Part shown: positions 1 through 13,560 of the stretch, piece after piece | How positions within the stretch are numbered: position 1 is the stretch's first letter | How the letters are laid out: each line of letters begins with the position of its first letter | DNA from: Mobula hypostoma | Lineage: Eukaryota | NCBI RefSeq assembly: GCF_963921235.1 | Contig: NC_086107.1 | Coordinates: 99,698,001 to 99,762,000, forward strand | DNA length: 64,000 bases | Direction: 5' to 3' | Position numbers and translations under genes: made by a program | The notes under the pieces: generated by a model | What the model was told of the DNA's origin: nothing | Seen by the model: the letters and a program-made list of their open reading frames with translations, nothing else | Databases searched by the model: none

Positions 1-195
1 CATGATGCAGCCACCACCATGCTTCATGGTAGGAAGGTGTATTTTTGATTATGTGTAGTGTTTTGAGCTTACACCAAACATAGCATTTAATCTGATGGCC
101 AAAAAAGCTCAATTTTGGTTTCATCAGACCATAGAACTTGCTTCCAGCTGACTTCAGAGTCTTCCATGTGCCTTCTGGCAAACTCTAGCAGAGAT
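1..195 (-). mobile_element. Tc1/mariner transposase fragment, truncated by the window edge
   Basis: The reverse complement closely matches the transposase segment at about 31145-31325 (...WKQVLWSDETKIE...KHGGGCIM). Confidence 0.8.
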
Positions 196-2904
196 TCTCG
201 CCGTTTGAATGTAGTTGCCAAGCTCCATAGATTTTACCTTATTATGTGAATCAGAATGGAAGTTGGATTTCTATTTATCAAGGTAATGGTGGCACTTTAT
301 TCCCTCTGGTTGTTGTCGACCTTCCCTATAGTTTCGTTCAGGCAAGTAATCTTCCCCCAACACCTCACCTTAGTGCAGTTGGGAAGAATTGTCCAAACTT
401 GGTTCCATTCTTGCCTGTCAGAAGCAGACACCTGCGGCAGTGGCTTCCCTTGCATCTAGTGGAGGTTTGTGAGGATCTACAACCTCATGGAGGTCCATGT
501 GCCTACCTCCATGCAGCCTCTTGGTCACCCACAGGCACGGAGTGTCTCAATGCAGCCTCCCTTACATCAAATTTAATTGACATTCAACCATACGCACGTA
601 TACAACTAAAGGAAACTGAGTTTTTTCATGGCTAAGGTGCAAAACATAGTACCTACAGTCACACACAGCACATATAGTTACGAAAGCACATCCGGTCACA
701 AGAAGTAATGCGTATTAGCACAGGTTCCTGTGTAACATAGCCTGAAGAGTAATGGTGCATGGAGTGTTCTCCTGGAGCCATCTTTCTGCAAGAACAAGTA
801 TGGCAGCAGTTCCTTATCTTGCTGTGTGTCTGCGGCAGATAAAAGCAATCCAGCTTGTCTTCCGGGACCAAACTCTGGAGAGCAGCACCGACAGCAGGGG
901 TCAGCACCCCACCCAGCACGGGTTCCAGTGTGCCTGATGTGCCTCTGCTCTCTCCCAATCTGTCTCCAACGCCTTCGTCCCTCAGTGGCTAGAATAGGCA
1001 ACGCCAGGGCATGAGGGCCTGGTTCACACAGCAACTGAGGTCACGCAGCTCCCCCGACATTGGTCTCACCAATGAACTGGGCTTGCGGTATTTTATTTAT
1101 CCACGTCCAACAGGGTCTTGCAATCACAAGGAAAATATTTAAGGGAAACATTGCACCGTTTGTTGGACTGTGTACAGCTTTTGACGCCTTCTTCCCTGGG
1201 TGGTTGTAGCAGGTGTCGACACCTTACACAATACGCCTCTGCTTTGCAGCAACACGCTGGTGAGGTAGACGCAGTACTTGGTGTTATTTATATCCAGCAG
1301 CGTCTTGCAATCATAGGAAAAACAGAAAGGCCACTGCAGTCAAGTGCCACCATCTTACCAGGAATTTGTTAGCTGGAATTATGGCACTTGGGCAGTTTCA
1401 GAGATGAGCTTTATAAAATTCCGCATTAATTAAATGACTTGAGTTTAAGGACCCCAGTGGTTGTGGTGGGATTGGGATCAGTCATCCAGAACATGAGGTG
1501 GCACAGAAGTGCTGCCTCACAGACCTGCCCACCCAGGTTCAATTCTGCCCTTGGGCATCGTCTGGGTGGAGTTTGCATGATCTCCCTGTACCGCGTGGGA
1601 TTCCTCTCCATATCGCAAATGCACTCATGCTGGTAGGTTGGTTGCCTGCTGTAAATGGCCCCCAGTTTGTAGTTGAGTGGTAGAATCTGGGAAAGTGTGG
1701 AGAGTAAAACTGGATCGTTGTAAGTATTTGTTTAGTGGGCTAAAGAGCCTGCTTCTGTGCTCTATGACTCATTGCCAGTCCAGTAGCCTAACCAGCACAT
1801 CACCATCCAGATAGGGCATATTGCTATTCCCTTCCCATCAACTCTACTCTCCCATCTCTCTGCTGTCTATCTGATCGTCTGAAACTATCCCACCCCATAT
1901 CCTCAGATTCCTAAAGCTTGTCTGCTTCCACCTTCTTTCTTTCCCCCCATCAATGTCTTGTTCACTGGAATGTGTTTTGAAGGAGGGAAATCATTGGATG
2001 CATTTAAACGTGAAACTCAAATTCAAGTTTTATTGTCATTCACCCATACACGTGTACACCTAGACAAAATACCATTCCTCTGGGGCCAAGGTGCAGAACA
2101 CAGTCCATATAGTCACACGCAACACATACAGTCACAAAAAAAAATCTTCAGGCCTGAGTGTCATGGCCTGAAGATTGATGGTGCATGGGTTGTTGTCTTG
2201 GAGCCAGGTTTCTGTAAGAATAAGTACGCAGCAGTTTCTCATCTCTCACTGGGTCAGGTGCAAATGAAGCTAATCCAGTTTGTTTTCCAGATGGCGAACA
2301 TTGGAGAATGGTATTGACAGGAGGGCCGGCCTGCAGCGATTAGCCTTTGACCTAGCATGCTTGCTGCACTTCTGTTTTCTCTCACCACTTCCAGTGGCTG
2401 TAACAGCCAATGCCACAGTGTGAGAGCCTGTCACGTGCAGTGACCCAAAGCTACACAGCTCTTCTGCTGTCATTCTCGCTGATTGACTACTGAACCGGTC
2501 TTAGAGAATTTTGTTTTATTAATGTCCAACAGGGCTTGCGATCATAAGAAAAGTGTGTAAGACAAACATTTGCACCATTTATTGAACCCGAAGAGGCCAC
2601 TCTCGACCATCTTACCAGCATCTTAGTTTCAATTCTTTCAAAGCCTTTAACAACTTTGCCTTCTTCTCTCAGAAGAAATCCCTCTCCTCTTGAAGACATG
2701 AGGAGGAATTTCTTCCGTCAGAAGTTCACAAGTCTTAAGAAGTCATTAGCCCAGAGAGCTGTGGCGACTGGGTCATTGCATATATTCAAGGATGTGATAG
2801 TGTCAGGGGGAATTTGGGCCTAGATCAGATCAGCCGTAATCCTTCTAGGTGTCAGAGAAAGTCCATTTGCCCTATTCCTGCTCTGGTTTTGTATCTTCTC
2901 GTCT

Positions 2905-5440
2905 CAAGTTCAAGTTTATTGTAATTCAACCGTGGACGTGTATACCACCAAACAGAACAATGTTCTTCCAGACCAAGGTGCACAACGCACTACGCATAAA
3001 TCACACACATAATACATAGGGTAATATTACCAGTTAACAAATGAAATGGTGCATTTGCGACACAAGTTTAAGAAGTAAAAACAGTATAACACTACTGGTG
3101 CTTCATGCATGATGAGACCTGGGTGGTGGCAGGGAGTTCAGTAGTCTTGTGGCTTGGGGGGTGAAGCTGTTCCCCATCCTGGCAGTTCCTGTCCTAATGC
3201 TGCTGTTCCTCCATCCTGATGATAGGGGGTCAAAGAGATTGTTGGACAGATGGGAGGGACCATTGACAATGCTAAGTGACTTCAGTAAGCAGTGCTCTTG
3301 ATGGAAGAAGAATGGCCTACTCCTGCACCTATTTTCTATGTTTCTATAAGAGACTCTAGTTATCCTCTCAACAGTCCTCGCAGTCTTTTGTAGGTACTTG
3401 TGGTCAGATGCCATACAATTCCCATGCCAGATAGTGATGAAGCTGATCAGGAAACTCTCAAGGTGCATTTCTTAGAATTGGTTGGTGGGGGCCTTCCATT
3501 ATCTCAAGAAGTGGAGACACTGCCTGTGCTTTCTTGACTAAAGAGGTGGTGTTGAGGGACCAGGTGAGATCATCCATTGTGTGTACTCCCAGAAACTTGG
3601 TTCTTCTAACGCTCTCCACGGAGGAGCCGTGTATGTGCAGTGAGGAGTGGTCACCCTGCACCTTCCTAAAGCCCACAATCATCTCTTTGGTCTTGTCCAC
3701 ATTGAGACTCAAGTTGTTGTGGCCGCACCAATCTGCCATCCACTCCACCTCTCTGTAAGCCATCTCATCATAGTTGTTGATCGGGCCAGCTGCTGTTGTG
3801 TCATCAGCGAATTTGATGACTCAGTTTGAACTGGATCTAGCGGTGCAGTCACACATCAGCAACGTGAACGGCAGCAGGCTTGAGCACACAGCCCTCGGGG
3901 GGCACCGGTGCTCAGTGTGATGGAGCTAGAGATGTTTCTGCCAACACAGACTGACTGTGACCATTCTGTCAAGAGGTCCAGGATCCAGTTAGAGAGGGAG
4001 TGATGTTGAGACCCAGTGCTGATAGTTAGCCACCAGCTTCTGAAGGATGATCACTGAGCTGAGGTCGATAAGCAGCATCCTGGCATATGAGGCACCATTC
4101 TGCAGGGTGGGATAGGACGGAGTGGTGTGTAGAGGCTGTGGCATCATCGTTGGACCGATTTAAGTGATAGGCAAACTGGAAGGGGTTCAATGTAGCAGGA
4201 AGATGGGATCTAAGGTGGATCACAACCAGCTGCTCAAAGCACGCCATTATTGTTGTGGTCGGTGCCACTGGATGGTTGAGGTTGAGGAGGCAGGTTACTG
4301 TTGCCCTCTTGGATACCGGGATGATGTTCGCCACCTTGAAGACTGAGGGGACAGTGGACTGTTCCAAAGGGATGTTGCAGATGTCTGTTAGAACCTCAGT
4401 TAACTGGACTGCACGGTCCCTCAGCATCTGACCAGGTACTGCACATTATCAGGCCCCACTGCTTTATGTGGGTTGACCCTGGTTAGGGTCTTCCACACAT
4501 CAGCTGTGGTTGGTCAGAGTGCCTGCACCTCGGTGGCTTCCTCACCAGCACATCGTCCTGTGCATCAAACCGAACATAAAAGACATTCAACTTATCAGGA
4601 AGAGAAGTGTCACCATCACTGACGTGCAGGGTGTATCTTGTAGCTCATTATGGTCTGAGTGCCCTGCCACACGTGCCTGATGTCTCTGGTGTCACAGAAG
4701 TGGCTGTATATTCTTGGTGAGTAACCCTGCTTTGTCTTCCTGATTTTGCAGGAAAGTGCAGCTCTTGCTGACTTGACAGCCACTTCATCTACCTCATCTG
4801 AAGACAACATCCAGATTTCTCAGCCGTGTCTGAACCTCTGCTGTCAGCCATGACTTCTGATTTACCCTCACGTAGTTGAGTTTAATAACAGTGACACCTT
4901 CCACAAGCATTTCTGTTTGTAGCCAGTCACCGATCTCATTGATGTTAGTGTTCCAGTCCGTGTTTTTTAAAACAGTCCTGCAATGCTGACGTTTCTCATT
5001 CTGGCCTGGCCTTTATCTCCCTTTGAACTGGCTTAATCAGTGGTTAAAGAATCCCTCTTGGGGACTGGGAGCGGTTTTGTATACATCATGGATGCTGGTA
5101 GATGTCCAGCATCTGCGGAATTTCTTGTGTTTATGAACCAGGTCGAATGTGTTTTCACCTTCAGCAAAGTCAACATGCTGATAGAATTTAGACAGGGCTG
5201 TTTTCTAGGTTAGCATGGTTGAAGTCACCAGCAACACTAAAGAAACTATTCATAGTGTGATTTGCAAGTCACTGATGGCGCCGTAGAGGTCACATAGTGC
5301 TTCCACAGCATTAGCCCAAGGTTGTGGGTGGGGGGACATATACAGCTGCAGTCACAATAGCAGTAGACTCCCTCGGTAAATAGTAGGGCCTGCACTTCAC
5401 CATTAAGAACTCTACCATAGGTGAACAGTGGGTCATCATT
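2905..5440 (-). mobile_element. Degenerate Rex1/Babar-like LINE (endonuclease and RT remnants)
   Basis: ORF fragments QLTEVLTDICNIPLEQSTVPSVFK, LNPFQFAY and WCGHNNLSLNVDKTKEMIVGFRK, with many frameshifts. Boundaries approximate. Confidence 0.75.
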
Positions 5441-5957
5441 ACTGAGGTGTTCACACACCAGTTCTTATTAACATGGATACATAGACCTCCACTGTGGGTC
5501 TTGCCGGAGATGGTGGGAATTCTGCCGGCTCTAACTGGATGGCCGCTTCAGGGACAGCATCTTGGAGCCACATTTCCATCAAAGTTCAAAGTAAATTTAT
5601 TAACAGATACATATACAGTACATCATTATATACAATCCTGAGATACATTGTCTTATGGGCATACTCAATAAATCCTTAATAACCATAACATAATCAATGA
5701 AAGACTGTACCAACTTGGGTGTCCAGTCAGTGTGCAAAAGACAGGAAATTGTGCAAATACAAAAAGAAAGAAATAATAATAATAATAAATAATAAATATT
5801 GAGAACATGAGATGAAAAGTCCTTGAAAGTGAATCCTTAGGTTGTGGATCAATGATGGGTCAAGTGAAGTTATCCCCTTTAGTTCAAGAGTCTGATCATC
5901 GAGGGTAATAACTGTTCCTGAACCTGGTGGTGTGAGTCCTGAGGCTTCTGTACCCTC

Positions 5958-6297
5958 TTGATTGAAACTTATAAGATTATTCGGGGATTGGACAAGCTAG
6001 AGGCAGGAAGCATGTTCCCGATGTTGGGGGAGTCCAGAACCAGAGGCCACAGTTCAAGAATAAGGAGTAGACAATTTAGAACAGAGTTGAGGAAAAACCT
6101 CAGAAGGCAGTGGAGGCCAATTCTCTGGATTCTTTCAAAAAAGAGTTAGATAGAGCTCTTAAAGATAGCGGAGTGAAGGGATATGGGGAGAAGGCAGGAA
6201 AAGGGTACTGATTGTGGATGATCAGCCATGATCACAGTGAATGGTGGTGCTGGCTTGAAGGGCTGAATGGCCTACTCCTGCACCTGTTGTCTATTGT
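5958..6297 (+). mobile_element. CR1-type LINE 3' fragment inserted into a Rex1-like LINE fragment (about 5580-6580, minus)
   Basis: LIETYKIIRGLDKLEAGSMFPMLGESRTRGH plus the CR1 3' UTR. The host sequence resumes at cttcctcgtggcagcagcgag. Confidence 0.75.
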
Positions 6298-7356
6298 CTT
6301 CCTCGTGGCAGCAGCGAGAAGACAGAATGTCCTGGGTGGTGGGATCTCTGATGGTGGATGCTGCTTTCCTGCAGCAGTGTTTCGTGTAGATGTGCTCAAT
6401 GGTGGGGAGGGCTTTACCCGTGATGAACTGGGCTCTATCCACACTTCCTGTAGGATTTTCCATTCAAGGCCGTTGGTGTTTCCATACCAGGCTATGATGC
6501 AGCCAATCAACATCTGTAGAAGTTTGCCACAGTTTTAGATGTCATGCTGAATCTCAGTAAACTCCTAAGGAAATAGAATGAATGCACAGCTGTCCTTTAT
6601 CCCACTCTGATTCAGTCTCAGATGCAGATAATCTAGTTTATCTTCTAGCAACTGAACATTTCAAAGCGGAATCGACAGGAGAACTTACCTGCAAGGTTTT
6701 GCTTTTAGTTCCTTACAAATACCAGCACGTTTTATGCACTTTTGTTTCTGTCAATTTAGCTGCTCTAAAGAAAGTCATCGGACAGGGAGTAGTCTCTCAC
6801 CACCAGGTTGCAGACCTTGAAGCAACCTCCACAACCCTAACTGCTATCTTGGTATAGCAACACTGACCAGTTTGCACTACTTTATTCTTGTTTTTTTCTA
6901 AGTATGTTCTTTCATGCAATTCTTGTATAATTTATGTTTTTCTTGTGAATGCTTTGTCTTAAGACTCTGCCTGTGCTGCTGCAAGCAAGTGTCTCATTAT
7001 ACCTGTGCACTGATGTACTTGTGTATATGACAGTAAACTCAGCATTGACTTAAATATCCTTCATCCCTTAGACCGTTTTAGTGAGTCTCACTACAGTGTC
7101 TCCAAAGCCCTTTCCAAGTCAAGGTGCCCCAGTTTGTAGTGAAACTGTGATGCGCCACGAGAGTTTTGCTGTAACACCAGCATACTGAGTGAGTACAGGT
7201 TGTTAGCAGTGGTTGACAGTGGTAGCATCTCCAACAGCTTGGTCATTCAGAACCTGCAGTATGTTTGGAACTGTGTGAACAAAGTAAAGGCCAATCATGA
7301 GATTCCTTCCTCTGACTCGATGTTGTCCAAAGTTTAACTAATCTTTTATTCTTCAG

Positions 7357-7436
7357 GCTTTTGCAAAGAAATCGATGGCTATCAGAGGAAAGTGCCAAAC
7401 TCCTGTTTCAGCGTGGCTCCAAGCAGGTACCTGGAG
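7357..7436 (+). CDS. SERHL: Serine hydrolase-like protein, internal exon (LLQRNRWLSEESAKLLFQRGSKQVPG)
   Basis: Acceptor cttttattcttcag, donor GAG|gtaagt, 80 nt, phase 2 to 1. Resembles my recollection of SERHL2 RLLKSNSHLSEECGELLLQRGTTKV. Confidence 0.85.
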
Positions 7437-7887
7437 GTAAGTTTGGCTGCAGGATGAGAGCAGCTATTGTGAACTTTCTGTCTGATTTCAGAATTACTTA
7501 ATTCATAATATATCTTGTAAATACAGCCAGGTCACATCTTTCTTTACATTCCTTGTACCGTCAATTCCATAGTTATAGTGAATCAACACCACTCCTTAAA
7601 CACTGCAGCTGTAAAGTGTTTGAAGGCTGTTACCCAGGGCTAGTCCTTCGTTGTACGGAGGCAGCAGGACGAGGCTCTGGCCCTTCCCCGCAGAACCTCT
7701 GGGCTTCATTCTATCCCTCAGCACATACTCCTGCACCTTTATCCGATTATTATTGTGTTTTGTAACTTCAAAACATTAAACTAATTTAAAGGAAGACAAG
7801 GGAGTACAAAATGTGAGACTAGCTTTGAGTTTACTTTAAGTGAGGCAGAAACGTGTCATGTGGTAGCATGATGATGTATACAGTTCA

Positions 7888-8570
7888 CAAAGGAGATGGT
7901 GATGGACTTTAGGAAGACCAAGCCTGCACTCCTCCCTGTTACTATTGATATTGAGGACGTGGATGTGGTGAGGACCTACAAGTACCTGGGGTTGTACCTG
8001 GATGATAGACTTGAGTGGGGCACCAACACAGAGGCTGTGTACAAGAAGGGCTAGAGTTGCCTCTACTTCCTGAGGAGACTGAGGACTTTTGGAGTATGCA
8101 GGCCTCTCCTTCACATGTTCTACCAGTCTGTTGTCGCCAGTACAATCTTCTATATGGTGGTGTGCTGGGGCAATGACAACAGCCTCAATAAACTGATTAT
8201 AGGAGTCAAACAAGATACACTGGAGGCTGTGGTAAAACAAAGGACCCTACGGAAAATCCTGTCAATGTTGGGTAGTGTTTCTCACCCTCTGCATACTACC
8301 TTGGCTGAACAGAGGAGCACTTTTAGTAATAGACTAAGACAACTGTGCTACTCCAAAAAGCACCATGAGGTCATTTTTACTCTCAGCCATTAAGTTCTAT
8401 AATGAGTCAACCTATAGCTGGGGAAGTGATGAACCCCCTCCCCCCCTCCTGTTAGACTGTTTGAGGTAACTTATTTTTTATTATTTCTTTCTTCTCTTCT
8501 AATATTTGTATATCTGTGCACTTGTAATGCTACTGTGACACTGTAATTTCCTTTGGGATCAGTAAAGTAA
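7888..8570 (+). mobile_element. Rex1/Babar-like LINE 3' fragment (intronic)
   Basis: KEMVMDFRK...YKYLGLYLDDRL...FYQSVVASTIFY...HPLH motifs with stops. Confidence 0.7.
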
Positions 8571-9027
8571 GTATATACATATATCCCAGAATGAACTATT
8601 TAAATGAACAAAATTCCTTAAAAAACAATATATATACAATATTACTCAAATAATGTATTCAAAACAATTATGCTTCTAGATGTTTGACTAAGGCAGTGTC
8701 AAAAGGAGGTACAATTTTGAGAGGCTGAGAGCCAAGTCCATCATTGCTTCATGGACCGAGCGGCCAGTTTATGCTGCGGCAATTCTATGAATATGTTATG
8801 TGTGGAGAGAAGCAAAAGAGAACAATTTTACCTCCTTTCTGGTTTGAGATGCACACCTAGCAGTATACAGGACAGTACGCACCGGAAACATAGGTGAATA
8901 GAACCTCAAATGTTGTAGAATGCTGTAATGGTAAACCATAAAGTCATTAGGCCCATCAAGTTGATGGCAGCACCCGGGGAACCGATCTCATTGGTTCCAC
9001 TTCCTCTCTCCCTAATACCCCTGCAGC

Positions 9028-9300
9028 CACAGCAGCGTAGCGATTAGCATGACACTATTACAGCTTCTGGTGTTCCAGAGTTCTGAGCTCAATTCCGGTG
9101 CCATTCTATAAGGAATCTATATGTCTGCCCCGTGGATATGTGGGTTTTCTCCTGGTCCTCTGGTTTCCTCCCACAGTCCAAAGACATACTGGGTAGGTTA
9201 ATTGGTCATTGTAAATTGTCCAGTGATTAGATTAGGGGTAATCAGGTTTGTCAGTGGTTGCTGGTGTGTGGCTCGAAGGGCTGGAAGGGCCTATTCCTAA
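9028..9300 (+). mobile_element. V-SINE / HE1-like tRNA-derived SINE
   Basis: Central motif gtgggttttctcctggtcctctggtttcctcccacagtccaaagac, followed by a CR1-like tail. Related copies lie at about 13150-13460, 41340-41515 and 44750-45035. Confidence 0.65.
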
Positions 9301-9318
9301 ATAAATTCATTCTCATTT

Positions 9319-9372
<54 letters not shown>
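9319..9372. repeat. Compound (CT)n(CA)n microsatellite
   Basis: Seen directly in the sequence. Confidence 0.95.
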
Positions 9373-9377
<5 letters not shown>

Positions 9378-9990
9378 GAGCCCCCAAAGTCCCTTTGATT
9401 CCCTTTCCCATTAGAATGTGTAACAGTAGCCATTTAACCTACCAGTGCATCTTTGTGATCTGGTGGGGGGAACCAAGCATCTGGTTAAAACCCAGGCAGT
9501 CACAGAAAAATCATGTCAACTCTGAGGTTAGGATCAAACCTGTGAGGCAGCAGCTCTGCCTGTGTGCTGCCCAGCCGTTGTGATGCCAAGGTGTGGACTA
9601 GCCAATAGAAAGGGCATTGCTTTCCAGTGCTTTCACCCACAGCTCAACCTGTCCCTAGGAGAAAGAACTTCAGTTAGAAACAGGAAGAATCAAAAGCCAC
9701 TTTCGAATTTCTAGAGGGATCATTATACGTAATGACCATAAAGTGTGGTAATGTTTTCTTAGAGAAGCACGCAGATGGTACTCGAGATGTCTCTTCCTAG
9801 CGGGGTAGTTGAGACAGATCTCCAGATCTGAAACATAAACTGCGTCTCCTTCCTCAGATGCTGCCTGATCTGATGGGCGTTTTCAGCACTCTCCGGTTTT
9901 GTTTCGGATTCGGCAGTTTTGTCTTTTTTCATTTCCAGTTCAGAATTTTTTTTAATATAATTCTGTTTACTTCTGTTTTCTCTCCTCAAG

Positions 9991-10025
9991 GTATTGTGTT
10001 CACTAGAGATTTGAAAATCAATCTG
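9991..10025 (+). CDS. SERHL: Serine hydrolase-like protein, 35-nt exon (GIVFTRDLKINL)
   Basis: Long pyrimidine tract plus caag acceptor, donor CTG|gtgagt, phase 1 to 0. Carries the RD motif typical of this family. Confidence 0.85.
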
Positions 10026-10887
10026 GTGAGTTTTCTGTTGATTCCAGCTATTGTAGTTAATCAGTGCACCACTTCCTTCCATTGTGATGCTAGATAGGTC
10101 AGAACAGGGGCAGGATGCAGAATTAAAGTGGGCAGGCAATGGGAGCCAACACCTCACTAAATACCCCATCACTCCTCTGACAGAACTTAGATGAAATTTG
10201 TAAGTCACTTTCTTCTGCTACTGTAAATGACTTAACCAAACTTTGCACATATCCCTGTGTAACCTTGGGCAAAGCCAAGAGTAGTTCTGGGCACCTGTGG
10301 CCAGTGACATATTTCAGGTCCCACAGATCCTCAAACTTTAATCACCCTTGCATGTACACACACAGGGATTGTGTCCACGTGGAATATGGAAACATAAGGC
10401 AATATGTTACTTTTTATGAGAGGGAGAAGTTGGGGATTTGGGGTCTGATATTTGATGTTCTGTTAGTGTTTTTACTTTCTGGGCAAATCTGTTAGTTTTT
10501 GTGTCTGAGAGAGGAATTTGGTGGTTTTGAAACTATTATCGCTGTTCTTTTCTGTGAGGAGGGGGCTGGGAATTTGATGTTATCCTCAGTGTTTTTTTCT
10601 GGTGGGGGGCTGGGGATTTGATGTTATCATCACTGTTTTTTGTGAGGGAGTGGTGGGGGGGCAGTTTGGGCTTTGTGAATTTTGTTTCTTTTTCGTGTCA
10701 GGGAGTGATTTCTTTTCAACAATGCCCATGGTTTTTCTGTATTTCATGGCTGTCTGGAGAAGATGGATATCAAATGGGGACCTTGACAATAAATTGAACT
10801 GTTGAACCTTTAGACATTTGACCAGATCAGGATACCACAGAACCTAATGTTCTTTTTGTCATGTTTTTATTTCTTATCGAACCAAAG

Positions 10888-10964
10888 CGCTCTCCTATAA
10901 GGATGTCCACTGACCAGTGTCTACAGTCTCAGAAGAATATAAGGGCAGTTGTACTCCTTATTTT
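10888..10964 (+). CDS. SERHL: Serine hydrolase-like protein, internal exon (RSPIRMSTDQCLQSQKNIRAVVLLIL)
   Basis: aag acceptor after a T-rich tract, donor TT|gtaagt, 77 nt. Phase 0 to 2 fits both neighbours. Resembles the KLQAHVLLI strand of SERHL2. Confidence 0.8.
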
Positions 10965-12403
10965 GTAAGTACGTCACCCATCCTTTAATCCACTATGTTG
11001 GGTAGTTGGTACCACTCTCACTGGAGCAGTGAAGTATTGTCTCAAAAGCCAGCAGTCTGCAGTAATAAGCAGATGCCCCGCCATTGGAGTATTGCTTTTT
11101 CAATGAGACTAAGCTGAACTGGCCAAGAAACCTCACCAACGCCTCTACTGCCTGCTAAAGAAATTCAGCATGTCCCCGTAGGCTCTTGCCAATTTTTATC
11201 GATGCGCTATAGGAAGTGTCTGGATGCGCAACGCTTGCGTGTGGCAGCTTCTCTGCATATGGCTGCAAGAAATTCCAGAGTTGTGTACACAGCTCAGGAC
11301 CCCCTTCCATGGACTCTGTCTGTACTTCTCACTACCTCAGTAAGGCAGGCAGTGTAATTAAAGTCCCCACCTACTCTGGACATTTCCCGCTTCTCCTTCT
11401 CCCGTCAGGCAAAAGGTACAAAAGCCTGAAAGCACCTCTCCCAGGGTTCAGGGACAGTTTCTCTCCCACTATTATCAGACTTTTGAATATAACTGCACTT
11501 TGTTGGTAGCTTTTATAGTTTACTCTGCTTATTGTTTAACCTTATTCTAGCTCAATGCGCCGTGTAATGATTTGATCTGTATAACAACAACGCAAGACAA
11601 GCTTTTCACTGTATTTGTGACAGTAATAAAACAACCAAACCAGGTGGATGAAAGACCCACCGAATTCCCTCAGTGTTCCAGACAATATTTTCCCCCCTCA
11701 AACCACATCACAGCCTGCTCGTCCAGTCACTTCACTCTTCATTCTTTCTGAGAGTTTTAAAGTGCTCTAACTGGATGCTGCATTTACCAAAGTACCTGAA
11801 CTTCAGTAATGCCACAAGGGCTTTGGGACCACCGGAGTTGATGGAAGGTGTGTAGAGATTATATAACCATATAGCAATTACAGCACAGAAACAGGCCATC
11901 TTGGCCCTTCTAGTCCATGCTGAACTCTTACTCTCACCTAGCCCCACCGACCTGCACTCAGCCCATAACCCTCCGTTCCTTTCCTGTCCATATATCGATC
12001 CAATTTAACTTTAAACGACAACATCGAACCTGCCTCAACCACTTCTGCTGGAAGCTCGTTCCACACAGCTACCACTCTGAGTAAAGAAGTTCCCCCTCAT
12101 GTTACCCTTAAACTTTTGCCCTTTAACTCTCAACTCACGTCCTCTTGTTTGAATCTCCCCGACTCTCAAGTAGGTTCAGGGCTCTACTTTTTGCTGTTTT
12201 CGGTAAAGCCCGGGAGAAGGAAGCTGACCTTTGCTTCCAGCTCTGAGTGGAAGTTACTCTAAATCTGTTGGCTGGTTTCGGGCATGCTGTGCTTTGGAGC
12301 ACTACTTTCACTAGGGCTATCAGACATGTTTCTTGGGGGGAAATGGGCAGCTTGTTACCCCTCGGTCTCTCCATATTTACCAGCTGCTGTTCATTCCCCT
12401 CAG

Positions 12404-12497
12404 GGCAGAGAATGGATTGTCTGAGGACGAAAAAATGAAGCCCGATTGCCCACCGTACAGTCTCTTAATGGAGGGATACCGGAATGTCTTAAAGAAG
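12404..12497 (+). CDS. SERHL: Serine hydrolase-like protein, penultimate coding exon (AENGLSEDEKMKPDCPPYSLLMEGYRNVLKK)
   Basis: Acceptor ttcccctcag, donor AAG|gtaaag, 94 nt, phase 2 to 0. Confidence 0.8.
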
Positions 12498-12592
12498 GTA
12501 AAGGTTAGGCTGTGAAGTAGATTTCACCATTAGAATCTCTGGATATTACTGATGTTAAAGAACAGGCGTATACCTTGACTCTTTCCCTAACA

Positions 12593-12659
12593 CAGGGGTC
12601 CACGGACCCCTCGGTTAATGTTGGGGGTCCGTGGCATAAGAAAAGATTGGGAACCCCTG
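12593..12659. mobile_element. 67-bp hAT-type MITE
   Basis: Termini CAGGGGT...ACCCCTG, perfect 8-bp TSD CCCTAACA (12585-12592 and 12660-12667), internal hairpin. A related copy lies at about 62945-63019. Confidence 0.85.
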
Positions 12660-13482
12660 CCCTAACATATAGGAGCAGATTTAGGCCATTCAGCCCATCA
12701 AATCTGGACTGCTGTTCAATAATGGCTTTGTAAACTCCATTCTCTCACCTTTTCCCTGTTACCAATCAAGAACCTGTCAATCTCTGTCCCAGTGATTCGA
12801 CTTCCACAGTCCTCTGTGACAACAAATTACACAGATTCGCCACCCCTGGGGCTGAAGAAATTCCTTTCGTAGTAGTTATGATTGCACATGGGTAGACTCT
12901 CATTCAAGGCTTGAGGAGGGCCTTTATCCTTTGAATAACATATTATGGTTACTAGACTAGTTCTGTGCCACTTGGCAGTAAACATTGTGGGGGATTTTTT
13001 GTATCATTTTCTTGGGTGTCTGCTGGTGACACACGGCTTTGGATACACCGTCATCATCATATTCATGATTGGTACAGTTAAGAATGCCACAAACTTGCAT
13101 AAGGACATTTGCCTTTAGTCAGCATATTTATAGTGATCTGTTCTAGTTGATAGAGCTTCTGCCTTGCAACACCAGAAACCCAGGTTCAGTCCTCCCTGTC
13201 TGTGTATGGAATCTGCACGTTTTTCTTGTAGTCAAGTGGATTCCCTCCAGGTGCCCCAGTTTCCACCAAAGACATGCAGGTCGATAGATTATTGGCCAGT
13301 GTAGAATTGCCCCTAGTTAGTTTGTGGGTGAGTGGTGGAATTTCGGGGTGGGCGTAATGAATTAACCTGCCAATTGGCATGACTTTGGAGTGTGGGTGGA
13401 AACTGGAGCACCGGTGAGAAAATCTGCAGGCCACAGGGAAACCATGCAAACCCACATGGATTGACAAGACTCTGGGACTTAA

Positions 13483-13560
13483 TAGAGTGCATCCTCCCTC
13501 TACTACCACTATTACTAGAGTGCATCCTCCCTCTACTACCACTATTACTAGAGTGCATCC
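13483..13560. repeat. 33-bp tandem duplication, about 2.4 copies
   Basis: Unit tagagtgcatcctccctctactaccactattac at 13483, 13516 and partially at 13549. Confidence 0.9.

Noticed and set aside
1..7356. Upstream SERHL exons
   Set aside because: I could not identify any by eye. They may lie left of the window or I may have missed them.
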